Assembly (NCBI GenBank): GCA_028534125.1
Contig: CM052816.1
Span: 6,574,001-6,638,000, forward strand
Length of the DNA: 64,000 nucleotides
DNA from: Lama glama
Lineage: Eukaryota
Direction: 5' to 3'
The stretch's first letter is position 1. Each line of letters begins with the position of its first letter. The notes beneath the pieces are model-generated. The model was not told where the DNA came from and did no database searches. It worked only from the letters and a program-made list of their open reading frames with translations. A program made the position numbers and the translations under genes. Shown here in pieces: positions 48,314 through 61,179 of the stretch.

Positions 48314-51300
48314 GTGAGTATCCAAGCTGGCTGCAACCCTTAGGGTGGCACCCCTTCCTTTTTCTCTTCTCAAAGTTCAGAGGAAAACTTAGAACTGGAG
48401 AAATTCAGAATTGGAAGGGAGCATAGAGGAAAAAATAGGATGGACTCACAGGGGAAACCGAGAAGTTAAAGGACTGGCTTCAAATTAGACAAACAGTAAC
48501 CACAGCTATAAATAATTTCCTTTAACTCACCTTCCATTATTCTTCCCTGTATACCTATGGTTCTTAACCCTAGGTGTTACTACGAATCACCTGGAAACCT
48601 GACTATGGGTACTGATGTGCAGGTCCCACTCTCCAGGAAAATGATTCAGTAGGTCTCAGGTGGAGCCACGTTTCAAACAGTACAAGGTAGCCACCCCTTG
48701 GAGAGAGAGACTGTTGTTCCACATCCTGCTGTCTCTCTCCTGTCCCCACCTATTGCCTGCATTAAATTTTCCTCTGCACCAACTTGGTCTGAGTATAAAA
48801 TAAACTATCCTTACTTATTTTATACTCTAGGACAGACATAGTTTTAAATCAGACCCTTCCTTGTGGTTGCTTTGATCCTTTGGTTGAAATAACCAGGTTA
48901 AAATGCAAAAACATGGCCTGAGTGAGATAACTTTAACTTGTCTTGAGCAGGTGGAGATTGAGGGAGGGCAAAGTGAACAGAGCACATAAGCTAGAATAGA
49001 GGACAGTGTGAATAAGACATAGCTAGAATTAACAGAAAATTATCACTTCGTTTGCAATATCTTACGATTAGAGATTCCTTTCCTGTATTCATAGTGGTAA
49101 ACTGATTTCTTTTCCTTTTTCCTTTCTATCCTCTGGATCTAAATAGTCTGAAAGAATTTTCTTTTTGGATGAAGGTAAAAGTGAGTCTACGTAATTCCTC
49201 CCTTGGTATATACTCTGCATCCAAATTCAAAGAGATGAAATCCAACTGTGACAGTTTTATCCCCTTTTAAGGAGGTAACATGTGTAGGAAATAGTCATGA
49301 AACCATTTAGACTCCCAGATCTAAAGCTGACATATAAAACACCTTTAGACAAGCCACACAATTCCCCCCAGACTTAATTTTTACACTTATAAAATGAGAA
49401 GTTTACATCAGATCATATCTAAACCTCCTGGTACTCTAAAAGTCTGTGACTCCTTTAAAAAGGGGTAGGAGGAAACTGTGAATGGGAGCTATAAGTGGAA
49501 TGAAAATAAAGCAGATTATCACATTTACACCATATGCACCAAGACAGCTCTGACATCATGTGTTATGTGATACTTAATATACTCCCATCTCAGGGCATCT
49601 CTGAGAAAGGTGAGTGTCAGAAATGAGTGCCCTACAGGTGGTCCTTTTGAATAAATACTGTGCCTAAGGTGAGTAGCAAAGTCTAAGGAGGAAGAGCAGA
49701 TTCTAAGTATCACAGATGTCTGGACACAGGAGTAAATCTAATCAGGCGAGAGTTGTGTCAGTCTCCTCCTGGAGGGCTAGCCCCTGTAATTCCAAGAGAC
49801 ATGTGTCACCCCAGACTAGCTCACAGTCATGTCTTTAGAAGGTCCTGTGCATCCCATTGGGGGGGGGGACAGGGGAGGAGGAGGACTCCTGCATGATTGC
49901 AAATATTATGAGTCCTATAAGAAATAGCCACCCTGAATTTATCAATACCATCTCTACCAACACCAAACTATCACATGTCTTGGGTCATTTTGGAAGAAGT
50001 ATTTAAATTTGAATAGGAAATATGGATTCCCCCTCTGAGGAATTACTTTGAGTGTCACTTTGCTTTGCTGTCATGAATCGACAGCTACCTTGTATCAGGA
50101 GCTAAGTGACGGCTTGGACAACAGTTTAAAAAACACCCTAGTCTGCTCTGTGTGTGTTGTGCAGCTTACAGCATCTTATTCTCAGGAAGGATGAGGTGTT
50201 ACCCACCCACCTGGTGAGGTGACACCAGGAAAGAAACTATCTGCTTAGAATGTCAGTCCTGTAGGAACTGGAAGATGCCTCAACTGAGAGTCAGAAGTAG
50301 GCCCTAGTATATGACATTGGTCTCAAGGCCTTTGCAGCTTTTGTTGTATCTTTGCCTGAAATGTTCCTACTGTCCGCCTTTCTAACTCTCACTTTTCCTT
50401 TAAATCTTCCTCCAGGAAGCTCTTCCTGATTCCCTGTCTATGTGGTCCCTATGTAGGTGCTCATGATTGCTGGTGACTTCTCTTCACCACATTTATCACA
50501 ATGTATAATTCTATATTTGTGTTGTTCCTTAATTTCTTCCTCTCCAGCTAGATTGTAAACTCGGTGACTGAATGAATGAAGCTAAATTATTTCCTTTGTT
50601 GCCGGACTTCAGCTTCTCTACCATCAAAAGAAGAGACTTGGAAACACTGTCTCAAAGGGCCTTTTTGATCTAAAAGATTTTAAGAGATTCAAGCAACTGT
50701 GATGAGTATTTAGGTATTGACTCTCTTGCCAAGTCTAAAGTTATGATTAAGTCTGGGACCCACAGCCTTCAGAAGGCAGAGAACCAAGACTAATGAGGTC
50801 CCAGGACCAGGGAAGAAGGAGAACCACACATTTGCTCAAACTGAGCTCTCAGAGCCGCTCCATCATTTCAGGACACAAGTCTCCAGCGAGCTACTCCTTA
50901 GGGTTCAAACATGGTGGAGGTGGGAAATTGGCAATCCCAGGGCAAGTTTCTTCCCATCTGGGGAGCTCTCACCTGGTCCTTCTTTCTCCTGCATGCAGCA
51001 GTAATGCTTGAGCTGAAGAGGATGGATTATGAATTGTAGCAGAATTCAGCAAAGACAAACAGGACTAGACCGTTTCTTGTTAATAAACAGATTTTGTTTA
51101 GATTCTAGAGATATTTACACAAAAGCTATGATTGTACCTTGGTGTTTTAAAGCTATATAAATTGACCACAAAGTATATAAATGAACAGCTGGTGGAATGA
51201 TTTTAGTCAATATAAACAACTGAGCAGAATTATCTATCAGCCTGCATGGTAATCAACCCCATGCTTCCCCTTCACCTCCTCTCTTCTATTAGCTAAAGGG

Positions 51301-53083
51301 AGTCAGGGAGGAAGGTTTCTGAACTTCCTATAGAGTGATGAGTTCCTCTCTCCTCTTCTGTAACCTGATTTTTAAAATAAATGCTTAGGGGGTGGGAATA
51401 ATTAATAGTAGATAATAGCCACTACTGATTTCAGATGTTAAAATTTACTCATCCCTTATGGGAGATACGATGATCCCAAAAGTAGCATATGAAAATTTCA
51501 AATATTAACAATCATATTAGTCATATTAGTAAGACTGGCCAAATATCTGAAAGAAAAGTAGGAAAGTAGGAATTTGCCAAACATCTGAAAGGAAGGGAAA
51601 TTATTCAACAACAAATCAAGCAGTGTTTAATATCGGCTAGCCAAATTGTTAGGGTTCTATTCTACTATGTCAACCTTTTCAAATTCTGTTGGAACAAGGT
51701 ATAATTGTATAAATATTCTGTTCTTCACTCTTCCTCCAGTTGGCTAGTTGTGCCACTGTAACCTAAGGAAGCTGAAAGGTAAGTGATGATTAGTAAACAC
51801 AGGATTTTCCTTTTCAGTGTAAACTATACTGTACAAGAAGCCTGTTCATAGAAGAATTATGTGAACTATGTGCTCCCTGTTTGATTCAAGGAAAATTGCT
51901 TCTTGGGGTGGAGAAATTACCAATGAGAAGTGTTAAACCTACCCAAAGAAGTGATGAGTAGATCTCAATATTCTTTCACTGCTCTTAATTATGGATGGGA
52001 ACCAAATAATGGAATAATTATCATGTCATAAAGACAAATTTTTTTAATGGTACGATCAGAAATTTAGTAGGTTTAACTGAAAATCAGTTAGGAAGATTTG
52101 TAATTTGACGCATAGTTCTAACCTTCAACATCAGTGCTTTTCTTCTCAGTGTATCTGGCTGCTTCTTTGTATCAGCACAAGTGCAGCTTGTGGTTGAGCT
52201 GGTACATGTGAAGGAGAATTTCTAGAAGAGATCCAGTAATACACATGCGTGGGCCCAAAGATATACATAAATAATTCTATTTCATAAAAGTTCCACTTCT
52301 ATGATGTCTTTTGAGTAGACTCAGGACAATAATCAGAATCACAATAATAACAATAATATGTAACTTATTGAGTATCATGTGCCAGGCATTGAGATAAGCT
52401 CTCTACCTGCATTATTTTGTTTTACTATTATGTTAACAACACGTTATCACCTTCACTTCCTTCCCATTTATTCGTAATAACTGCACAAAATTTTCCACAA
52501 TTTCTTCAAGTTCTGGATGACTCTGAAGGGTCAAATCTCACAGGAAATTTAATCCCTCACTTTGGGAAAACACAGGCATATGGAGACAGCACCAATATAT
52601 TCAAGAGACAGATGGCCAAGTTTGTTCATCACCTAAGTGGATACTTCAAGGTTGGTGCAGACCTGAGAGCAACCTGACTTCTAGGAGCTTACGTGTTTGG
52701 TAGAGAGACAGGATATTTATTTGTTGAACTTTGGGGGCAACTTTTTTCCCTTTGAATTGATCCGTCTTTTGTGGTATAGTTAATGCATAGTATTATATAA
52801 GTTTCAGATGTAAAATATCGTGATTCACAATTTTTAGTCAATGATCCTCTCTTCCAAGTCCTATTTAATTTTAAATTCCTTCTCTGAAATATTCTGTACA
52901 AATGCCGATCAGCCCAGGCAGCTCACTGATTCTCAGAGCTGTCTGTTCCACTGTTGTACACGACCACATCAACTTCTTCTTTAGCTTGAATTGGAATATG
53001 TCTCTTTATAACTCAGTAAATTGATCCTAATCTACCCTGAGACTGTATAAAACTGGCTGAATTTTCCTTCCACCAGTGGCTTC

Positions 53084-53682
53084 AATCAGTTTGTTGGACT
53101 TTCTACATCGCTAGTGAGGGAAACTCCAACTCAATCTGACAGAACATCAAAGGGAACATGAACCAGAAAAGTCACAGGGAGAGCTGGCTCTTGGTGAAGA
53201 TCAATCCAGTAAAACACACAGTGTCATCAAGGACCTAGCTTTCCTCCTTTTTCTTTGCTTTTCTTTCTATAGTGTGGTTTCAATCTCAAAATCTGCACAG
53301 CAGCCCATTGGTGGCTCCAAACATGTTCCTTAAGGTGGAAAGAAAAGGAAGCAGTTATAATCCCAGACCCCACATGCAGAGAACAAGAAGGGCTCCCTCT
53401 GGCAGGTCCAATAAAAGAGAAAGGAAATTTCCATTCCTGGACATATAAGCTAATATCTGAAATCTAATTGGTCTCAATTATCCAATCACTGTGACTGTGA
53501 CTGTGACTGAAGGAACAGTAGCCAAGCTACCTGGGGACTAAACCTGGAGCCAGAGATGGGCTCATTCCCATCCAGATTAATAACTACAAATGGAGAGGGA
53601 GTAAGTTCCCTAAGGGAAAATCAGGGCACTATTGTTAAGAGGAGAATAAATTCTAGAGAATAAATTGACAAATACATACTAT
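53084..53682 (-). mobile_element. Old MLT1 (K/L-like) LTR in NMUR2 intron 1
   Basis: AAACTCCAACTCAATCTGAC... and GTTCCCTAAGGGAAAATCAGGGCACTATTG resemble old MLT1 LTRs. Confidence 0.55.
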
Positions 53683-54705
53683 ACCATTTTCTAGATATTT
53701 GATGGTAGTTTATCATGAGTTTTTAAAGCTTTTTTTTTAAATCTGGCTGAGTATCTCCACAGACTAGAAATACATAAATTGAAGAGAAAAAAATTCCACA
53801 ATGAGATGAGTGATGTACATCTTCAGTGCCATGGAAGCTAAGAGGAAGGAGAAGACAATGGGCTACAGTGGCCACAAAAGTCTTCCAGGAGTGGGGGGGG
53901 GGGGGCTTGAACTGGGCAAGAGAGACTGCATGGACGAAAATGTTAATATTTTAAATTTTCAGATGCTACTTTAAGGATCACCATATTTTCCAACAAGGAT
54001 GAGAACATTTTAACATCTAAACTCAGAAACACATGCACCTTTCTGGGTAATATGTGTAAAAGAGTTTCCCAAATTGTGCTTCTTAAGCTGGTACTAGGGA
54101 TAACACTGGAAAGGGCTGGGAAGGGTATCGTTTAGTCATACATGCATTATCTCCTTTGAGGCTGGGGTGGGAGATGTGGGATGTGGAAGGTAGGAGTGAA
54201 GGAAAGGTGATACACTGTCCCCCACGAAGATCTGTAATGTCCATTAGCATTTTAAGGCTCTGAGAAGACCTACAACAAAGACTAAACTTCATGAAGCAGA
54301 ATATCTAACCTACCTACCACATAGCAGAGGGAGCCATGCTAACAGATGTCTAACAATTATTAAATAAATGAATGAGTGAATGGAAAGGGTATCTAACTTT
54401 TTTTTTACTTATTAATTTCTTATTTTTCACGGAATATCTATTAATATACTACAAAACTAGGGATCTACAGAATAGCATACAATAAATGGTTGCCTGTGAC
54501 TTGGCCATACCATATATTCAGTTGAGTTAGGTGACTTGAATTCAATTCTACCGCCAACTTACTGGTAAAAGTTTAACAAATTCCTGTATTTTTTTAAGTC
54601 CAGCTTTTTCGTCTGCAAACTGAGTGGTATAGTCACACTTCTCAGATCTTAACAGGAGAAGAACATGTTTCCTTTTCTTAACATCTCTTTCCACTTCCCT
54701 TGCAG

Positions 54706-54790
54706 CTGAAGAAAGACCAACCCCTTGAGGCAGATGAAGTGACTGCAAATATTCAAAGACCATCCAGAAAATCAGTCACTAAAATGCTAT
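54706..54790 (+). CDS. NMUR2: NMUR2 coding exon 2 (ICL3; [28 protein letters not shown])
   Basis: Polypyrimidine tract and TGCAG acceptor (54701-54705); 85 nt; T|GTGAGT donor at 54791; keeps frame with exons 1 and 3. Not in the ORF track; translated by hand. Confidence 0.95.
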
Positions 54791-55086
54791 GTGAGTCCTC
54801 CGTTTTGTGCTCGTTTCTTGTTTTTTAAAGCAGAGGAGTGGCATTTGTTACTGACAAAGTGCTGCTTGCATTAGGATCAAAATTCTCCTGAAACATAACA
54901 TCCTGCTCTGGTCTTCCTTGCCTTACTTACTCAAGCATCTAGGACTTGTCTCTTTTGTTCTATTTCAGTTTTTAAACCTCAGAACAACACACTAAATTGC
55001 ATGTATTGTAACACACTCTGTGTGGTGTGTGGTCAATCACATCCACACTCTGAGCCTTTAAGCATTTTTTCCCCTCTAAAATGAGC

Positions 55087-55277
55087 AGGTGGTTTGTAAC
55101 CCATTTTATGTTATAAATTTCCTTTAAAATATTACAAAAACCATGAATTCTCTACTCAGAAAAGGTACAAATGAACATACATCAAATGTTTTACAATCCA
55201 TTTCATGGGATCATGAACCCCCTGATAGCCATGCTTAGACCCCATGGGATCTTTTACATCCAGATTAAGAACTCTGG
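55087..55277. mobile_element. MER117-like hAT-Charlie MITE in intron 2; second copy in opposite orientation at ~62526-62690
   Basis: ...ATTTCATGGGATCATGAACCCCCTGA...GACCCCATGG...CCAGATTAAGAACTCTG; the two copies resemble each other in reverse complement. Confidence 0.6.
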
Positions 55278-56528
55278 CTAAGAAACATTCTAAGTAGTCA
55301 TTCCCATTCTATTTTAAGAAAAGATGTCTAAAAAAATATCCAGCCACTGATCCACACTCTTCCAAAAGAATGTTATAAAAATATATGATCCTGCATCAGT
55401 CTAATGAGACACCGAACAATGAGAGAAAGTAGATTTATAACAATCCTTCCAAGCCAAACCTGAGGTTTGCAAGAAGCAAATCCTCCAGGCTAATATGCAT
55501 ATGACACACTGGCTATAACTATGTGATTTCTGTGAACAACAGCAGAAAAGGCTGTAAAGTCACTAAAGTTTATTTTTTTGACTCTACTAGTCATCTTCTA
55601 GGAAATTTCTTAGCCCCTGTTAGCACCTGACTTTCCCTAAGAAATCCAGCATCTTCACTATTTCTCCCTCTCTCTCCTTGATCATAGTCTCTCACAAGAA
55701 GACGTGAAGTGCACCCACATTAAAGTCACAATGATAAAATGCATTGTAAGGTATTTGCCTTTGGATGCAGAGGCTTTAATTTTAATAGGAATAAAATTTT
55801 TAATTTGGGAATTACAGGCAGTAGGCAAGCAGACCAGGGACTTTTTTCTTGAGAGGAAGGGATCAATTCAGAAGAATCTTCCAGATACTCCTGAAACCAC
55901 ATCGCAGGCAGGCAGCTTACTCTATTTAATGCCAACAGGAAACATATGTACCGGTTACTACCTAAAACGTCAAATGTGCTCCCGAGTACAGAGAAATGTA
56001 AAATGAACAGCAAAGTACCCATTACCCAGATTTAAAAGTTGTCAGCTCAGAGCTAATGTTATCTTATAAATCCCTCTCTCTCCCTTAGCACCTATAAGGT
56101 TTTTCTGAGGCAAATTTCAAGTCCAACTTTAAAGAACACCAAATTGCTTGAACCGACTCGTTTTACTTATATAGTCAGTTTATGTGGTTCCAGTAGTCCA
56201 CTTGCAACATAGCTTACCTTTCCCCAATTGACTGTTTTCAGAATTTTGAATGCATTCAATACTACTTTAAATATTCTAAAGGAAACTTACATTATACAAG
56301 AAATCTTGTACAATCACATGGAAAAATGATTCTAAATCCTATAAAATTCATTCTTACGTTTGACTATTCTTTGTAGAGGCTCTTGAGGATCTAGCTGGCC
56401 TTTAACAACTGAAACTTAACAAAGATGGAGGGGAAAATGCTAGAAGGAATGGATGAACTCCCAGTGGGCACTGTATACCTATTCTTGCTTTGATTGCCTT
56501 TTGTCTCCCATTCATCATTCTTTTCCAG

Positions 56529-56654
56529 TTGTCTTGGTCTTAGTGTTTGCTGTTTGTTGGGCCCCATTCCATGTTGATCGGCTCTTCTTCAGCTTTGTGG
56601 AGAAGTGGACTGAATCCCTGGCTGCTGTGTTCAATCTCATCCATGTGGTATCAG
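56529..56654 (+). CDS. NMUR2: NMUR2 coding exon 3 (TM6, ECL3, first half of TM7)
   Basis: TTTTCCAG acceptor; 126 nt, phase 1-1; [42 protein letters not shown] with CWxP motif; CAG|GTAAAA donor at 56655. Confidence 0.95.
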
Positions 56655-59604
56655 GTAAAAGTTTTGCTTCTTCAGTTGCATCACCAGTGTCCAGGTAAGC
56701 TCAGCTTTTTCACCTGGCTTAGAGTGGTAGGTTCTATCTGCATATACCGATTTATCCTGGGGATCTGCCATGCTATTATGAAGACACTTGATTTTTATTT
56801 TATTTAAATACTGATTAGGTATGTCACTGGTCCAAAAGAAATACAAGACAGTACTATCTTAGACACTACTTTGTGAAAGACCTCAACTCTAAGCATGATG
56901 ATTACAGCAGGAAAATGGTCTAAGGAACGATTCCTTTGGTTTGCCTTCCAACGGCCACATGATTGAATGATTAGCTCAAGGACATCCATTGTCCTTGAAA
57001 TCTCATATTGTCTTTAGCAAGTGTTAGATCCTCATGAAAACCAACCAAAGGGTCTTTATGTAACATCAAGGTCTGCTTTTAGGCTTCTTTAATGCAGCTC
57101 ACTAAGGACACTAGAGTATGGTGGATAGTGGTGCAAAGGTTGCTAAGTCAGAGGCCCTGGATTTGCATCTCAATCGCATCATTAATATTCTGAGTGATAC
57201 ACAGAATGGGGCTTCCTTCCTGCCAAAGTTCCCTCAACTTTAAAAAGGCAATAATGCCTGCTCTATACACACCATGGGCTGATGGTATGAAGCAAATAAA
57301 ATAATAGCTATTAAAGAGCTTTTTAAGCTGTAGCATGCTATAGTATATCCTTCTATAACCATCACAAATTTGTAAAGTAGATATTATCAGATTTTATGGT
57401 TAAAAAACAGTTCCACAAAGAAGAAATGATTTGTCCTACTCAGTTAGCAAATAGTAAAAACTAGGTTCAAGCCTGAGTCATCTCAAATGTAGGTTTCTTT
57501 CCCCTAAAATGGAGCAAAGGATGGCCATCCAAGTCCCCCTTTCTCAGTCAGTTTAACTATCAGCCTTAGGTTCAGACCCCTACTATCCCTCTATCTCTGC
57601 TAGTCATTGGCTGGTTCTATGGACTCTTTAGATTATTAAGGACACAATTAGAGAGGAAAGGTAAGATCAATGTGTACAAGTTAATCTCCAGATATGCACA
57701 GAGCAAAACCAAGAGCATTTATGTATACATTTATGGGTATCACATATATTATCTATTTTCTATCACTTTCTATCACCTTCTTATTGTACTCAGCAGTAGT
57801 ATACAGTTTATACCCAAACATTAAGACTTTGCTCCATGTTAAACTATTTATTATTCTGGACAAAAACTCAAAAATATTTACAGCTCTTATCTTTGTGGTT
57901 AGTCTGAGAAAAACTGGAGTGTTAAATAAGCAAAAACACAAGATCACATGAGACGTGACTAGCTGACTATACCCCTCCAGATGCATCACGACAACCATGT
58001 TAGGATTCTCCATTTGTGGCATTTACAATAACATTTTCTTGTTAAGGTATAACTTCTCCCTCCCCAATCTGGCCAATCAGATGATGTCTAAATCTCTTAG
58101 GTGCTACCAAAACAATGCCCCCAACTTGCCGTTTGATCCTCAAGTAACAGTATTTTCACTCATAAACCATACGTTTGTCAAACTGTGAATTAGGGGTTTC
58201 TGAACATTCTGTCTTACTCCTATTCCTGCCTCTGCACATCTGTATATGCTACGCCTTCTACCTGAAGCACTCTCTCCTCTCTTCCCCAGTATCTTCAACC
58301 CATTTCAGCATCTGGCTAGAATCAAATCAACCCCATTAAATTTTTCATAACCATTACAGTTTTTGTGTTTATGCCATTATGTGTATTTCCATAACATGAC
58401 TGTTGGTATCACATACTCTGCTCTCTTCTTAAGAGGTATCGTCTGGTATCATCCTTTCGCTAATTACTGAAGTGAGGCACAAATCTTGTTTCTGTAATAC
58501 TATCTCAAGTCCTTGGAGAACAAAGTCTAAATTCACTGTCTTCCAATGTGCCTCAAAGTTTCTGGCACACAATAAGAGTTTGATCAGTATTTATGAATTG
58601 AATGAATTAACAGTCTATAGCAATATCCCCCTCCTCTATTCCTCCCTGCCCAAGTCTGTTCACAGGGCACATGGCACCCTGAATGTCCTGAACTATACAA
58701 ATGAGGACAATAATGAATATGCTAAGGACACTACCTATCACTTCTTTTATATTCCTAGTTATTCTCAGCCCCTCTGTGGATAGTATTTCAATTTTATCCT
58801 CACAATAAACAGGGAGGTGGGTTAGAATGGTATTATCATTTGCACTGCACAGAGAAAAAATTAAAACTGAAGTACCAGTTCTGTCTAGGGTCACAGAATA
58901 AGCAAGGGCCAAGATCAGAAACTAAGTCCTCTGATTCTCAACCTTAGGCTCACCTTGGGTCTTAAGGAAGTAAAATAGGATATGGAAATAAAGAAAGAGT
59001 ATATACCAACCAAGAAAACGGCAGTGTGCAAGTCATTTGGTGGAGAAAACAATGGCAAAATACAATTATTCAATAAGGTTGGGAATAAGGTGGGGAGAGC
59101 CAATGCGGGGAAAGGCTAGGGAAAATTTTTTGAAGAGATATTTAGCATTATAAGGAATCTCAGCAGGGACTATGCCTTGACTGATCTACAATTCCTCCAT
59201 TACTTGCAGTTTCAAATTAGAGAGTTAAGCAAAATTCCAGTGAGATAAAAAAAAAAAAAAACTCTTTCCTCTGATACTTAAGCATCTCTCATTAATGCTA
59301 TGGGAACATGTTCTTTAATTAAACAAGCAGGGATCAAAGGAAGTTGCCGAACATCTCAGAGACATCCCAGGCCAGCCAAAATTTTTCCAAGACTCTTTAA
59401 TCTTTCTGGGTTTGATTCCTCAGTACACAGTTGGTAGATTTGTTCAGAGCATTTTGTATTCTCAATTAAGGTCTTGTATATATTACCATTTCCAAAAGAG
59501 GCAATCAAAGGAATTCAAGGCCTTTGTTAAATATTTATGCTTCTCCATTTCATGCTTCTCACTCACTTTCTTCTCGGCATGCCTCTTAATCCCCTGTGTT
59601 CCAG

Positions 59605-59900
59605 GTGTCTTCTTCTACCTGAGCTCAGCTGTCAATCCCATTATCTACAACCTACTCTCCCACCGCTTCCGAGCTGCGTTCCGGAATGTGATCTCTCCTT
59701 CCTGCAAACAGCGGCACTCCCAGAACCAGACACAGGGGCCACCGGTGCAGCGGAACATCTTCCTGACAGAATGTCACCCTGTGGAGCTGACTGAAGATGT
59801 AGGGCCCCAGTTCCCTTGTCACTTGTCCATTTGTAATTCTCACCTCCCCACAGCTCTCTGTGCTGGACAGGCACTGAGAAAGGAACTCTCAAAGAGCTGA
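59605..59900 (+). CDS. NMUR2: NMUR2 coding exon 4 (TM7 NPIIY, helix 8, C-tail, TGA stop)
   Basis: TTCCAG acceptor ending 59604; [26 protein letters not shown]...RKELSKS*. Joined CDS is 726+85+126+296=1233 nt (410 aa plus stop) with no internal stop. Confidence 0.96.
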
Positions 59901-61173
59901 CATTCCTCTTGCCTCCACACTGCAGGAAGGAACAACCCATAATTTATGCCTTCTTACATGATACTAAAGAAGTAAAATGACTCTTAGAATTTACATACCC
60001 ACTTATTATTTTTTTAACAAGTGTGAACATTGCTACTTAAATTTGGATCTAAAACACAGAACCTCCTGATTTTTAGTTACCTTTCCATGATTTTAACTGC
60101 TTCATGCCACTTCACCAGTTCATGAAAAGAACATGACTAGCAAAGCACGGCACCTGTATTTCGAGTCATTTCCACTATTGGAAATGGTTTGTCCTGTTAT
60201 CCATGCTCTGAGTCCAGCTGTCATTCTTACAACCAACGGTTCCTGTGAGACACCAAAGGGAGACAAGTAGATGCTGTTCTACTCTGTATGATTTGAGGGG
60301 TCCGTGCCAATGTTCTTCCACAGTACACTATTTACCCGACTTCCTCCTACTGTGCCATTATAATGTGATACCTTGGAGTTGTGAAGCCTTTTATTTTGAG
60401 TCTCCCTGATAACACAGGAGTGCTCCTCAGAACTCAGAATTATTGCCATTGTTCCAATCCCCAAGTCGTTATCAGTCACCAGGAATGGAATCAGAAGTTC
60501 CACTTAGAGAAGAATGGGAGGAGGGAGAAGGCTATGGTGGAAGGTCCCAAGAGTCAAACCATACCCCACACAAACGTAGTTATTTTCATAATTTGCTCTA
60601 GATTTAGCTTTCTAACAGCTTATGTCATAAATAGACAGAGGAATAGTCTACAGTCTCAGAGCAAAGACAAGTCAAATGGTAGCTACTGGTCTCAAACCCA
60701 TGACTTCCACCTATTCAATCCTTCATTACCTTTGTAACACTCATATAATATGGGTGAAATCTACTTTCCAGACTCCTCTTCCATTATATCATCACAAATA
60801 ATATATATTCTAATCAACAGAATTACTCGCTCTTAAGAAAACACATCCCAGTTTCCCCAGCTGCATATCTTTGCTTACAACATGCCCTCTGTATCTCAGT
60901 CTCTATCCTTTGCTATCCTACCCATTCTTCAATGTCCAGCTCAGTGTGGTACCTCCTCCATGAAACCTTGCTTGATTTACTCCAATAGAAGTGGTATCTG
61001 ACTTTCTTATCAGTTTAAATCTCTTAAGATTTTTCTCCATTCTGCTTTGTATTTCAGTGATTTATATTCTTGCTTTGCCAGAATGTAAATCTGTCAAAGG
61101 CATGAAGTATCCTGTGTTCATTTTGACTGTTACTGGAATCCTGACAATTTATTGATCACAATGTTAGATGTTC

Positions 61174-61179
61174 AATAAA
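61174..61179 (+). terminator. First canonical AATAAA downstream of the NMUR2 stop (candidate polyadenylation signal)
   Basis: Manual scan of 59901-61173 found only variant hexamers (e.g. AGTAAA at 59971). This AATAAA lies in an L2-like 3' end. Confidence 0.3.

Noticed and set aside
47684..48373. 229-aa antisense ORF over NMUR2 exon 1
   Set aside because: It is in codon register with the sense CDS (offset 96 nt), the usual shadow ORF of a GC3-rich GPCR exon, and shows no recognisable domain.
47877..48426. Alternative-frame ORFs of 132 and 173 aa in exon 1
   Set aside because: Non-ATG starts (TTG at 47877, GTG at 47905) and Pro/Ser/Arg/His-biased translation expected from GC-rich coding DNA.
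59412..59604. N-terminal part of the 162-aa ORF, and likewise 56453-56528 and 48314-48343
   Set aside because: Intronic read-through beyond the splice sites; not part of the spliced receptor.
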